This document shows positions 46,660 to 60,995 of a stretch of DNA of 64,000 nucleotides, piece after piece. The stretch's first letter is position 1, and each line of letters starts with the position of its first letter. A model generated the notes under the pieces. The model did not search any database, had not been told where the DNA came from, and saw nothing but the letters and a program-made list of their open reading frames with translations. The stretch is taken from positions 106,754,748 to 106,818,747 of the forward strand of contig NC_083407.1 in assembly GCF_020745735.1 (NCBI RefSeq), given 5' to 3'. A program made the translations under genes and the position numbers. This DNA comes from Hemiscyllium ocellatum (Eukaryota).

Positions 46660-49554
46660 GCACAATACCACTGCACCACAAGAGCCCTTCAGTTGTCAGA
46701 TGTGAGATGTTCGGAAGTAATGTGATACGAGTACTGGTAATCTTTTGAAGTTATAGACCAAAGAAAATACAAAAATTGGTACTATTTTTAACCTCAAACT
46801 GGAATTGTGAAAATGGTTGGGTTATAGCTGATGGGCTCAGTGATCTTCATGTGTTAATGCATGGATACTACTGTGGATAGGAGTTTACTGGCTGGTGTAT
46901 GATGCAGTATGGCACCAACAGCAGCGGTTCAATTCCTGTACCTTACCTGAGGAGTTGTGACCTCGCCTTAGGCCACACCACTCATCTCCTGTGAGAACAA
47001 CCTGATAATCCTCTGGGACTTTGGCCACAGTAATAAGGTAAAAGTTGCCATCCGAGAAGATTAGATGCTGGTAATTCTGTTACAACTCACTCTTTAAAGA
47101 CTGTGCATCATCTCATTGTTGCAGAAAGGCAGTCAACATTATCAAAAACTTCACCCCATTTATAATCTCTTCCATCAGGCAGTAGATATAAAAGCTGAAA
47201 CATGTGGACCAACTGTTTCAAAAGCAGCTTCTTACCTACTGTTATTAGACTGCTGAACAGACCCTTCAAATTTCAAATCTAATGTTGATGTTGCTTTTGT
47301 ATACCTATGCAGCCATAACTGCTGACAGTTGCAGTGCATATCATCTGCAAGACCAACTATAACAACTCGCCAAGTCTCCTTCGTTTGCAGTTTCCAAACC
47401 TACAACAGCACAAAGGTAGCAGATGCTTGGGAAACACCAGTTCCTCTCCAAGCCATAAACTATACTTGATTGCAACTATTGCACTGTTCTTTCAGTGGCT
47501 CCAGGTTAAAATTGTGTCACTTCCTTCCAATAGTATTGTGCATGTAGCTACACCACATGGACTGCAGAGATTCAGAAAGCAGCTCACTACCACCACCTCA
47601 ACAGCAGCCAAAGATGGGAACTAAATGTTGGCCCAGCCTGTGAATGAATTAAACACGTCTTTTTTCTCCCTAGATTGGGACTACCTTTGCACCAATTATC
47701 ACTTCAGTCTGTTTTTGAAAGTGCGAACTGCGAGGCTGTACACATTTAACTGACCATTAACGCAGTTTTAATAATAAGCTATTTAATGAATTTGCAGTTT
47801 CAATATTTGGGAAAACTAGTCCGAACTCCTACTCTTTTAAATGTTAAATTTGAAATAAAATGTTGCACTTTGTGCAAGGTACTATATAATCTCCCGATGG
47901 CTATAAAGCATCTGGAGACAATGTAGTACTTTTTGATATTAAGCAACTGTTTGTGTTGGAAACAATTTGCATACATCCAAGTGATAATATGATGAAAAGA
48001 TCATCTGTATTTCTTGCAAATATAACGTTTATTGCAAGACAAACTTAGACAAAATCCCTTTTTCTGTCAACCAAGATCATCTATTCCTGGGTATATGATA
48101 GAGGGGAAGCAATGCCCCGGGCTCCAGGAAGAGTAATCTTGCAATAGTATCACTAATCTTTTCTGTCCACTTGTGAGTAGATTGGACCTCTTTAGATCTA
48201 AACTGAAAAGGTAGCACTGGAGTAAGGCTTAGTATATAATCCAGACAGCGGACCAGACCTTCACCCTTTAATTTTCTGATCAGAAAGTGTGCAATTGCTG
48301 AGCTCTGATTGTCTGAAGTTGTAGGATGGTCTCCAGTATGTTGTGTAGTCAACTATATCTCCCAAATGCACTGAAAACCAAGGGTGCAACTTTGACTTAA
48401 TTACTACTCTGCAAGAAGATTATGATCAGCTTGTGTTTTTATCATATCCTAGGTTGTGATCAGATTATTTTCTCTCTCTGAATTTATCCAAAATAAAACT
48501 CAAGTTTATCAGTATTAGATTCAGGAAGAAATTGTGGCTGGAGTGTGGTGAGAATGTGGCACTTATCGTCATAAGGAATCTTATTTGTCCCCACCATTCC
48601 ATATGTTGGTGATGGCTACAGACATGGGACAAATTTGGCCCATCAAGTTTATTTTGTCATTCAATGAGATAATAGCTGATTTAACTGCACTTTCCTGCCT
48701 TTGTCTCCATGCCCCTTGATTCCCTGACTGATTTAAAATTCTGTCTATTTCAGCCTTGAATATAATTAATAATCCAGCTTTGAGTGCACTCTGCAGTATA
48801 TATTTCTGCAGATTTATTACCCTTGGAGAAGAAATTCCTCCTCATCTTTGTCTTATATGGGTGACCACTTATTCTGCACTTTTGAAGATGGAAATTTGAG
48901 TTAATATAGACCAACTAGACCAAACAGTTTTTTTAAAAAGATGCATATTCAATATATTCAAAGTTGTTCGCACTTGGAATAGTTTGCATTGCATTTGAAG
49001 TATTTTAGGCTTGTGTTCAGTGTTCTTGATTTAGACATGTATAGTTTCAGAGGAAGTGATGGAGGGGGTTATAACTACAACATTTAAAAGACAGCTGGAT
49101 GGCTACACAAACAGGAAGGGTTCGAGGGATTTGGGCCAAATGCTGGCAAATGGGACTAGGTCACTTTGGGATGGCTGGTCAATACCAGACGAGTTGACTA
49201 TTAGGTGTATGAGTTTCACTCTGCCCCCAACAATGGTTTTGCTGCTTAATGCTGACAGTGTTTGTGGATAAGACTGATTTCAAAATGTTTACTTAACAGT
49301 GTGCTCTGATCCTATATTCAAGCTGAATTAGATTTTTGATGGACCAGGAAATCAAGGTATGCAGGAGTGGGAACAGTAGCAGAACAGAAGTTTATTGAGA
49401 TCACAATAAAATCATCCATGACCTTCACAAAAGATTGCGTAGGCTTAAAGGCCAAATAGTCCATTTGGGTTCCTGCAGAAATTTGTCAAAGACCATGGGA
49501 CAGCACCTTTCAAATCCACGACCGCTTCTGTCTGGAAGGACAAGTGCAGCAGAT

Positions 49555-50078
49555 AATAGACAATAGGTGCAGGAGTAGGCCATTCTGCCCTTTGAGCCTG
49601 CACCACCATTCATTATGATCATGGCTGATCATCCTTAATCAGTATCCTGTTCCTGCCTTATCTCCATAACCCTTGATTCCACTATCCTTGACAGCTCTAT
49701 CCAACTCTTTCTTAAACGAATCCAGAGACTGGGCCTCCACTGCCCTCTGGGGCAGAGCATTCCACACAGCCACCACTCTCTGGGTGAAGATGATTCTCCT
49801 CATCTCTGTTCTAAATGGCCTACCCCTTATTTTTAAGCTGTGTCCTCTGGTTCGGGACTCACCCATCAGCGGAAACATGTTTCCTGCCTCCAGAGTGTCG
49901 AATCCTTTAATAATCTTATGTCTCAATCAGATCCCCCCTCAGTCTTCTAAACTCAAGGATATACAAGCCCAGTCGCTCCAATCTTTCAGCATAAGATGGT
50001 CCCGCCATTCCAGGAATTGATCTCATGAACCTACGCTGCACTCCCTCAATAGCCAGAATGTCTTTCCTCAAATTTGGA
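49555..50078 (-). mobile_element. Young CR1 3' fragment nested in an older repeat
   Basis: LRKDILAIEGVQRRFMRSIPG...RTRGHSLKIRG; tail ATAGACAATAGG. Confidence 0.92.
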
Positions 50079-53000
50079 AAGACAAATGGGAATACCACCA
50101 CTAGCAAGTTCCCCTCCAAGTTACTCACCGTCCTGCGTTGGGAATATATCACCATTCTTTCACTGTTGCTGGGTCAAAATCCTGGAATTCGTTCCATAAT
50201 GGCATTATGGATCAACTCACAGCAGGTGGACTGCAGCAGTTCAAGAAGTCAGCTCCCACTACCTTCTTAAGGGCAATTAGGAATGGACAATAAATGCTGA
50301 CCAGCCAGTGATGCCCACACTGAAATAAACAAGTTAGTGTTCTTAGAACCTATAAACTGGTTACGGTACAAAAAAAAAGAGGCTGTTTAGCCCATTGTGT
50401 TTGCCCCAGCTAAATAAACCAGCCACCCGTTCTAATCACACCCTTCAGCATCTGGTCCATTACCCTACAGGATATGAAGCTTCAGATGCACAGCTGGGAT
50501 CCTTTCAAAGTGAGTGGGTTTCTCCCTCACCCACCTAATTTGACAGTTATTTCCCGCTTTGGGTGAAAAACAGTTTCCTCATATCCCCTCTAAGTCTTCT
50601 ACTGATCACTTTAAATCTTAGCCCCTGGAAAGACGTCTTCTCTGTCCATTTTAACCAAGCCCCTCATCATTTCATAACCTTGGTTCAGCCACTACTCAGC
50701 CTCCTCTGTACTGAGGAAAACAATCTCAGCCTTTCTAATTTCTCCTCCGACCTGGAACTTTCAAACCCTGCTGATATTCTTGTAAATAACCTCTGCACTC
50801 TAACTATGGCAGCTGTGTTATGAATGTAAGTATAGCTCTCAGCTGTGGACTGGCCAACGTCTTGTATAGCTTCAGCATTATGCCCTGCTTCACATGCAAA
50901 ACTTCACACAATGAAGAGAAGTGTATAAAAGGGACCAAAGGGGCAATGTTTTCATACAGAGGGTGGTGTGTGTATGGAATGATCTGCCGTAGGAAGTGGT
51001 GGAGGCTGGTACAATTACAACATTTAAAAGTCATCCGGATAGGTATATGAATAGGAAGGGTATCGAGGAATGTGGGCTAACTGCTGGCAAATGGCACTAG
51101 ATAAATTTAGGATATCTGGTCGGCATGGAAAAGGTGGACGGAAGGGTCTATTTCCGAGCCGTACAGCTCTATTTCCTATGTCGTCCCTATGCCCCACCTG
51201 CCTACCTGTTCTGCCACTTTCAGGGATCTGTGAGCATGCACTTCCTCTGTCCCTCCCAGTATCTTCCTTGGGGTATTTCCGTGGTTGCTTTCCTTCAAAA
51301 TGCTTAAAATTCTGTGGATTGAATTCTATTTGCCTCTCACCCAACCGAGTTATTGATATCATTGTGAACCACGTGACCAACTTTCATGTCACTTGCAATT
51401 TTCATTTCCAAGTTAAGTCAAATGCTGTCTCTAGCTATATGTAATTTTGGATTTTAATGTGTTGGCCTAGCTTGGTTTTTGGATGAAGATGGGTGCGCAG
51501 CTTGGTCTCTGAATGAAATCTAAAGTATTAAAAATTAATCAAACGGTGCATCTTTTAATTTCAGTTGCTGTAACTTTAAAAACTAATTTAGCTTTCAATT
51601 TTTTTTAACCGCACTGTTCTCTGAATAAAGGTTAGGTTTCAGTATAATCCAAAAGCGGCCTTTGCAAAGTTACAAGAGGACATGTCTCTGAACAGTTCCA
51701 GTAGACAGCACAACATGGCTGGAGAAGTTAGGACTGTTCTCCTTGAAGCAGAGAAGGTTCAAGGGAGAGTTAGAGTCATTCAAAATTACAAAGAGTTTTG
51801 ATACAGCAGATGAGTCGGTAACCAGAAATTTACAATAACGTGCAAGAGAACAAGTGAGGGAGGTCATTTGGTTCAGTGCGTTGTTTGCTGAAATGCACCT
51901 ACTTCAAAGGGCGATGAAAGTGGATTTCATAGCAACATTCAAGAGGGAATTGAGTTCATGCTTTCATTAGAGATATCTGCAGGAGGATGGTGAAAGAGCA
52001 GTTCTAATTGGAGAGCTCTTTCAGTGAGGCACGGTGGGCAGGAGCCCTCCCCACCGTGTGGCTGTGTTTGGCATGCGGTGTTGGCTCGGAATGTTGATAT
52101 TATGAGCATTCCCCTGGTCTATTGTGTGGTGTAGGTTTAGAATGTTTCTGCTGTAAACATTCTCCGTCTATTGTTGTGCAACATGGTCTCGGCAGCGACA
52201 CCATTACACAAAATAGCTTGCTGCAATTTAATGTTCACTGCAATTTCCACAAACTATGACATGTTAAGAAAAAAACTGATCTTTATTAGGGCATCGAGTT
52301 ATTCCAGCCCTGACACACAAATCGACTGGCAGAGCAAGTCCAATGTCACTCCCTAGTGACAAAGGTAAGGGCCCCTGTTCTCTTGTCATCCTATACTCAT
52401 TGACCTACATTGGCTACCAGTTGAGCAACAGCCCAGTTTTAAAACGCTCATCCTCATTTGTAAGTGGGCATATGACTTTACCTGTCCAATCTCCGGATCT
52501 CTAGTCCGATCCATTTTCTTTTGTTACTCCGCTGTTGGTGACTGAGTCTAGAAAGCTGTAGGCACAAGCATAACAACTTCACCAAACCTCTGCCTCTTTC
52601 CATCTCCTGGATGCTTCTGAAAGCCTATTTCTTTGGCCAGTTCTGTTCGAATGTCCCCTTACGTGGGCTGGGTGTCACATTTCCTCTGGTTTTGTGAAGT
52701 GACATGGGATATTGTACTGCATTGTGTTGTATAATTATATGCTGTTGACTGATTAATGTACCCTCCTCACATGACTATTGGTGCAACTGTTTGAATGGGT
52801 TAGATATTATTCATTCATGTACTGTACGTAACACTCTGACCCAGTTTCTTTCAGTAACACGGGGTGCTCAGATTGACCTGGCATGTTTCCTAGTTCTGTG
52901 AGCGATTGAATGGATTTGCTAGCAACGTTTACACTCACTATTAGCTGAATTATATTTTATGTTGTAGCTCAGGACCAATTTTAAATCTGCGTTAAAATAC

Positions 53001-55074
53001 GCCGTTGGAACAGAGACCACTTCATGGTTCAGGACAATTTAATTCTGTCTTTTTGGCTCAGTGTGGTTGGAGCTGATTTAGTACTGCGTTATACAGGTGG
53101 ATCATTTTTTGGGTTTTATTTTCTGTCCGCAATGCATCCTTCTGAGAAAGTAGTGAGGGGGTTTCTTCATGCTTCAATATCCCGTGACCTGTGGGGTTCG
53201 GGGGTCGGGCTCATTGCACGAGTAACTTGTTCATATTCACTTCTTCAGAGCAGCACTTGAAGAATGCCTTTTTGGGGTGAGGTACCAACCAGGTCAAATC
53301 CATGAATTGTTTGCACTCCAGAGAGAGAAAGGTAAGGCAACAAAACCCAGGAGTCGACAGATTCCCATTTCCTCTGCATTAAGTGAGATTTCCTTCAAAC
53401 TTAATGATTTTGTTGTCCCTTCCTTGGTCAATCCCAATGCTGGAACACTGTGCGAAATCTATTCTTTCCTCAGCAATCACTCGGTTGCACTGATCAGTAA
53501 TTGAGCAACAGGTTTTATAAAATGGAGGGCTCAATTCTGCTGTGTAAATGCTCAGCAAATTCTTAGAATGTGTGTCTGTCTGCTTTTTTTTAAATGAAGT
53601 CACTCATCCATTCATATTATTCCTTGGCAGAGCATTGCTGCTGACTCGGTGGGTTTGGGTTACTACATGTCCTGTGTCAGCTGCCCTCTAGTCAGGAGCA
53701 CTCTACTGTCAGGTTCAGAAGGTCATGAGTTCAGGTTCCTGTTCCAGGGTCTCCAACACTGTCGCACGGGGTGTGCTAATCAGTGGAGAGGTCGGAGGTA
53801 TCATCTTTTGGGTGATGCATTACACTGAGCATGCTCTGTCTGCCTTTATTAACATGGGAAACAGGGCAACCAATTTCACAAGTGACTGAGCTTCAAAATA
53901 AAGGTTTTGTTGGCTGTGAACCATTTTGGGATGTCCTGTGGTTAAGAAAGGCGATATTAAAAATATCGTTCCCTTTTATTTTTGGCGCACAGCCCCCCTG
54001 CTCTTGGAAGCAGTGTTTATGAACTACAATAGCTGAGTAGAATATTTTTGCAATTACTGAAAGAAGCCACTAAATAAGCTTCACTAGGGAGGTCATTAAA
54101 GGGCCTTATGTAAACAACTGACGATGTGCCAAGCTGCCTTGTGAGGCAATGGTATCGGCTGCTTTTAGTCTTTTTAAATCTTTAGACTCCATTTTCAACA
54201 TCTCACGTTCCTATTTTCAGGATATTTGATATCAAGCATTCAATAGTAAGAGTGGTCTAGGTTTTCTGGGTTTTATTTTAAGCTTGTTTAACCAATGCAC
54301 TTAATTAATTCCCTTGAGATGGAAAGCATTGTATCAGCAAAATTGCTTTGGTTCAATATGCCTGAATGTGTGTTGATTTCTTCTAATTACATACACACAA
54401 AAATGACAGCATGGATGCTGATTTTTGGACTATTGTGACAGGGTTGAACACCTAGCTTGTTTCCCTCTTGTCAAGGATATAGCAGTTGTCAGTAGAGATT
54501 GTCCTCTAGTCCGTGCTGTACATCTCTATGACTCCATAAGGCCAACTCCCTGCAGAATGGCTGGGGGCTGTGGAACTGCTCCTGGCTGGGTTTGACATTG
54601 TAGCTTTGCTGTAAGTTATCAGAGCCAGTGCACCCATAAGCTTTTTGCTATAGTAGGCTTCTTGTTTGCAGAACGTAGATACGGTGAATATTGAATTCTT
54701 GTTTTAACTGTGAATTTTTTTTTACAATAAACAGACCAATGCTTTTTGAACTTCTCCAAAATAATAGGAGAGTGTGGATTACCTCCTCAAACGTAAAAAC
54801 ACTGATTTTTATACCCTTTCTTGCTGGCAAAGACATTTTTCATAACATTTCCATTCTCGTCTCTCTCACTGTTTTCACTAGCCCCCCCCCGTCCCAAAAC
54901 ACCACCACCATGGTTGTACATTAGAATGACGCTGTTCGGTTTGCTGTTTATAATAACTTCTCTCAAGACTTTTAAGATCTTGCAGCTGTCTTGTCTTTAA
55001 TCTTCTCAACAGCCTGTGGAAGATCCTTTTTTTTCCCCTCACTGTCATGCATCCAGCAGCCCCCATTTTAAACA

Positions 55075-55575
55075 GAAATTTTTGGTATAGGAAGGATTTT
55101 GTGAAACTTGAAAGGATGCAGAAAAGATTTTCAAGGATGTTGTCGGGTTTGGAGGTTTGAGCTACAGGGAAAGGCTGAATAGGCTGGGGATATTTGCCCT
55201 GGAGCCTCGGAGGCTAGGGGATGACCTTATTGGGGTTTATACAAATCATGGGGAGGGCGAATTGCTCAGTTCTTTTTCTCTAGGGTAAGGGAGTCCAAAA
55301 CTAGAGAACATGGTTTAAAGTGAGAGAGGAAAGATATAAAAGGGACCTAAGGGGCAGCTTTTTCACGCAGAAGGTGGTGCGTGTATGGAGTGAGCTGCCT
55401 GGGGAAGTTGTGGAAACTGGTACAATCACAACATTTAAAAGGCATCCAGATGGGTATATAAATAGAAAGGGTTTAGAGGGATAAGGGCCAAATGCTGGCA
55501 AGTGGGACTAGATTAATTTAGAATATCTGGTTGGCATGGATGAGTTGAACTTTGCTGAATAACTCTACGACTCTG
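55075..55575 (+). mobile_element. CR1 3' fragment
   Basis: GTGAAACTTGAAAGG...ACATTTAAAAGGCATC...CTCTACGACTC. Confidence 0.88.
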
Positions 55576-57393
55576 TCATTAATTCAGAGTTTTGAATTAT
55601 CTTTTAGTTTCCTGTTAAAACTAGGATTGAAAATTCTCAAAGCATCATCTTTATAAACAGGATAAGTAAGGCTTTGATGTACATGTAAGGGAAGAAGGGG
55701 AGTTCAGGTAATCTTATTCATAAGTTTTGTTTCCCCTTCACTTGTGTATTGGTCATTGCCATTCACTGCTCGCACTCAGACAGGGATAGGTTATGTGCAA
55801 TTTAGAGTTACACGCAAAGCACCTTCTGGTTTTACCTGGAACAGAGCTACTATTAACATGAATATAATTTACCAAGTTCTTTATATCCTAAACGTTCTGT
55901 TTTCAAATCCTGCAACATGTCCTGCTATGCCATAATGATTCTGTTATGATTCTTTGGGGAGACATGTTGGATGATAGAATCACTTAACTTCAGTGTCTGC
56001 TTTCATGCTTTTCAGACCTTTGTTTGTTTGTATGTATGTATGTGTTGCAGTTTGCAAAAGACAGCTATCTGGAAACAACTCAAAATTCCTACTACGCAGG
56101 CAGGCCTAAGAAATAGGAGGCCATCTGGCTCTGAGCCTGGCTACCTTCACCTTCCTGCATGTTCCCATTTCCTCCATGCTTCCCTGAAAGTCTAAAAAAT
56201 ATTACGTCGGCCTTGAAAGTATTGAATAACTTTGCATTGACAGCTCTCTGAGATAGAGAATCCGTGGCATTCACTGACTCCTCCATGTCCCTTCAGTTTA
56301 ATTCAACAGAGGGATAGTATGAAATCTTAGAGGCTGGACAAACTAGAGTTGTTTTCTCTGGAGTGGTGGAGGCTGAGGGTAGACCTAATAGCAGTTTATA
56401 AAATTGAGAGGCATAGATAAGGTTGACAGTCAAAATATTTTTCCCAGAGTTAAAATGCCTATTACTAAATGGCATGCATTAAACTTCAAAGTAGATTTGA
56501 GAGGCAAATGTTTTTAAGACAATGGTAGGAGTCTGAAACGTGCTGCTGGGATAGTGGTGAAGGCGGATAGGATAGAGTATTTACAGGGCTTTTAGATAAG
56601 TGAATAAGCAAGGAATGGAGGGATGTGAACCATGGGCAGACAGAAGGGATTAGGCTAATTTGGTGTCACGTTCAGCACAACATCATGGGTTGAAGCTGTA
56701 CAGTTTTACATAGCCACCACTTTCATCGACAAACTACTGCTTGAGTCTTTCATGTTGTCTTTGGAGATATTACTGGTATAAGAAAGCAATGATCTTAAGC
56801 TGAGGCAGGAAATAAGTTGTACTTATAGTGCCTTTTATAATCTAAGGCTGCGACCAAGTGCTTTATGCCCAAGGCAATATTTTTGTGTGTAGTCTAATTA
56901 GTTATATTTTCTTCTATTAATAATTGATAACTGTTACAGAGATGATCAAGGTAATTTTTTTTATTCTTTGATAGGATGTGTGTGTCATTGACAAGGTCAG
57001 CGTTTTTTTATTTTAATTTGATTTATTATTGTCACATGTACCTGGGTACAGTGAAAAGTTTTGTTTTGCATTCCCTACAGGCAGATCAGACCATACAAAG
57101 GGCATTAGGTTAATAAAACAGAATGAGGAATACAGTGTTAAGGCGGCTGAGAAGATGCACGAAGAGAGAGATCAATTTAAAATTTGAGTGGTCCATTCAG
57201 AAATCTGATAACAGTGGGCAAGAAGCTTTGTTGCACACCCACAATTGCCCTCCAGCTGAGTGGCTTGCCAGAGTCACTTCACAGATCACTTCAGACTCGA
57301 CCACATTGCTGTGAGTCTGGAGTCACACATAGGCCAGACAGCTTACAGGTTTCTTTCCCCTGAGGACATTCATGAATCAGATGGTTTTATGTC

Positions 57394-57680
57394 GTCATAG
57401 AATCCCTACAACGTGGAAGCAGGCCAAGTGGCCCATCGAGTCCACACTGGCCCTCTAAAGAGCATCCTACCCAGACCCACCCATCCCTGTAACCCTGTAT
57501 TTCCCATGGCCAATCCACCTAACTTGCACATCTTTGGACTGTGGGAGGAAACCGGAGCACCCAGAGGTGGCCCATGCAGATGCCGGGAAAATGTGCAAAT
57601 TCCGCACAGTCGACTGAGGGTGGAATTGAACGTCAGTGCTGTCAGGTAGCAGTGCTAACCACTGAGCCACCATGCCATCC
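57394..57680 (-). mobile_element. HE1-related V-SINE
   Basis: GTGGGAGGAAACCGGAGCACCC core and GCAGTGCTAACCACTGAGCCACC head. Confidence 0.85.
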
Positions 57681-58649
57681 TAATGACCATCATTGATAGC
57701 AATGGTGATCATGAAACTGAGACAGGCTTCCAATTCCGGATTTAATTCATTGAATTAAAATTCCACCAGTTGCCTCAGTGGGATTTGAACCCTTCTCCTA
57801 ATAGGATTAACCCTTTGGATTATTCGTCCGGTGATAGTATGCCACCACCATTCCCCAAATTCAACTGGAGCTAAAGAAAGTTGTATTTTGACATCGGGAT
57901 GTTGACATCACTGTTCTGTCTCAGGCTGTAGTTTGTAAGGAAAATAAATTGTCAGAAACAACTCTTCTCCAGGTCCTCTTATTCTGACACTATGGTTTTC
58001 GATAAACCAAAACACAACATAAGCAAACCATTCTACCCAGCGTTCCATGCTGGTATTTGTGTTATAAACATACTTCCTTCCTTATTGATCTCACCCTATC
58101 AGCATGCCAACCTGTTCCTTTTTCCCTCCTGCACTCATCTAGCATTTCCTACGCTACATGGAAGCTGATCACTTCACCTATTTCTTGGGGTCGTAAGAAC
58201 CCACATTTTCATAACTCCCTGGGTAAACCAATTTGTCCTGAATCCCTTATTGGATTTCCAAGTGGTTCCCTTATATTTGTGGCCCCTTGTTTCGAACTCT
58301 CCCCACAAGTGGAAGTCTCATTTCTCCGCTTATCTCCATGATATTTGATTGAATGTGAAAGTAAGGATTTTAATCAGTTCCATAGCTGCCCAGTTTAAAA
58401 ATAGTGCACAGTGTAGAAATAGGCACAAGAGGAAGCATATGCTCTGAGGGGACATAGACGTCATTCAGAGATTCCATTTCAAACAGTAACTACTTGCGTG
58501 TTGCAAAGTACCTGTCATGAAGTCAGGCAATGCCGAAGTGCTTTACAAATATTTTAAATACTCTTGGAGTGTAATCTCTCTCATAATAGAAGAAAGACAG
58601 CAGATAATTGGGGTATGCCACACTTGACAAGCAACAAGAGCAAGGGTTA

Positions 58650-59035
58650 GGCTGTCATGTAGCTGTTCCTCAATTGTAGCATTCCTCTGAGTGAGAAACT
58701 TGGAACTTGGAGACACAATATATCGTGCTGCAGTCTTTCAGTTGGCCCATCAGTGGTGCCATTTTCCAGATGAGGACCAATCTGTCCATTTGTAAAAGAT
58801 TTCATGTCACTCCTATTTGAGGGGATCTCTGTATCCTGACTAATATTAGCCCCACAACTAACATCATGCTTTAACAAAAGGTGTCTGATGATCTTGCTGC
58901 TTATAGTGACAATTTTCAGTGCATTGATTAGTGGCTGCATTTCTTGCATTTATGGTCATAACCAGTTCAAACAGCATTGTCTGTCCTGTGGAGCAATCTG
59001 CAGTCAGGAAGGATGAGGTTGCTATCTAAAAATTG
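58650..59035 (+). mobile_element. Degenerate DeuSINE-like element
   Basis: GGTGCCATTTTCCAGATGAG...GTAAAAGATTTCATGTCACT...TCCTGACTAATATT Deu-like core. Confidence 0.55.
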
Positions 59036-59464
59036 TTAGTACGCGTGGAGGCCATTTGGCCCATTTTGTCTACACCCGCTCTCTAAGCTCTCAGCGAGTG
59101 CTATTCTTGGGCCTTCTCCCCATGATCCACTCTTGCTCTTAAAATAACCACCCAATACATTTTTTGAATGCCTCAATTGAACTTGCCTCCGCGACAGACT
59201 CGGGCAATATAATTCAGGCCCTAACTACTGTGGAAATGTTTGTCCTCAAACCACATTTGCTGCTTCTACCACCTATTTTTAATCTGTGCCCCCTCATTCT
59301 TTATTCTTTCATGAGAGAGAACGTTTTCTGTGTTTACTCTGACACCACATATCAAGATGGCGAATACCTCTAGCAAATCTCCTCATGCCTTCTCTTCTCC
59401 AAGCAACAGTCCCAGCCCCTCCACTCTGTATTCACATCTGAGTTCTTCATCCTGTGAACCTTCG

Positions 59465-60160
59465 AGTCAGACCCTTTGATCCAACTTGTCCTTGCCAACC
59501 ACAGGACTATATTAATCTAGTCCCATTTGCCAGCATTTGGGCCATAACCCTCCAAACCCTTCCATTCATGTACCCATCCAGATGCCTTTTAAATGTTGTA
59601 ATTGTATGAGCCTCCACCACTTCCTCTGGCAGCTCATTCCATACATGTACCACCCTCTGCATGAAAAAGTTGTCCCTTAGGTCCCTTTTATATCTTACCC
59701 CTCTCACCCTAAACCTATGCCCTCTAGTTCTGGACTCCCCCACCTGGGGGAAAAGACCATGTCTATTTACCATACCCAGGCCCCTTATGCACCAACTAAT
59801 AAAGGCAAGTGTGCCAAACGTCACCTTCACTATCCTACCTACCTGTGACTCCACCTTCAAGGAATTATGAACCTGCACTCCAAGGTCTCTTTGTTCAGCC
59901 AAATTGCCCAGGATCTTACCATTAAGTAAGTTAGTCCTGCTGTGATTTGCCTTACCAAAATGCAGCACCTCGCATTTCGCTAAATTAAACTCCATCTGCC
60001 ATGCCTCGGACCGTTGGCCCATCTATACTCTGAGACAATCATCTTTGCTGTCCACTACATCACCAACTTTGATGTCATCTGCAAACTGACTAACCATATC
60101 TCCTATATTCACACCTAAATCTTTTATAGAAATGACAAAAAGCAATGGACCCAGCATTGT
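59465..60160 (-). mobile_element. CR1 fragment with an internal deletion
   Basis: 171-aa ORF-track peptide WQMEFNLAKCEVLHFG...TFKRHLDGYM. Confidence 0.9.
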
Positions 60161-60514
60161 CATGTCCTTCATAAGGTGCTGCATCTCAACTGGATGTACT
60201 GCGGTCTAGCTAGTGACTTCTCCAAGTTCAACAGAACTTCCTTGCTCTTTACTCTATACCCCTTCTAAAGGCGAGCATGCTTTATAAACTGCTCTCCCAA
60301 TCTGTCCTGTCACTCTACATTAAGCTTCAGCTGCCACCAATGTTCCCAGCCCACCAACTTAACATCTCTTTGAGGTTCTCCTCAGTTTCAGACATGTCTG
60401 AGTTTGGTATCATCTATAGTAATCCGAAATCATTAATGTACAATGACCGCAATTATCTCCTGAACAGTCACAGGTCTTTAGCATTGGAGGAAGCCCTTCA
60501 GCCTATTGTGTACG

Positions 60515-60995
60515 CATGAAGGATATTATTAAACTGGAGAGGGTTCAGAAGAGATTTACTAGGGGAATGAAGAGTTTGAGTTGTAAAAATAGGTTGGGAT
60601 TTTTTTCACTGGAGCATAGGAGAGGTGACTTTTGTAGAGGTTTATAAAATCTTGAGGCGTATCGATAAGGTGAATAGCAGGTGTCTTTTCCCAAGGGTTT
60701 GGAGAGTTCAAAATTAGGGGGCACATTTTTAAGGTGAGAGAAGAAAGATTGAAAAAGGTCTTGAGGGGCAACCTTTTATTTTAAACACAGTGGTTCATGT
60801 GTGGAATGAAATGCCAGAGGAAATGGTGGATGCAGGTACAATTATGTTTAAAACATGTGGATAAGTACATAAATAGGAAAGGTTTGGAGGAATGTAGGCC
60901 AAGTGTAGACAGGTGGGACTAGTTTAGTTTGGGGGCCTGGTTGTGTGGATTAGAACTAATTCAAGGGTCTGTTTCCATGCTTTATGATTCTGACG
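60515..60995 (+). mobile_element. CR1 3' fragment
   Basis: AAACTGGAGAGGGTTCAGAAGAGATTTAC...GGGTCTGTTTCCATGC. Confidence 0.85.

Noticed and set aside
56940-56950. 11-nt micro-exon AGATGATCAAG with ATG
   Set aside because: Weak donor, adjacent to repeat debris, and expected by chance in a long intron
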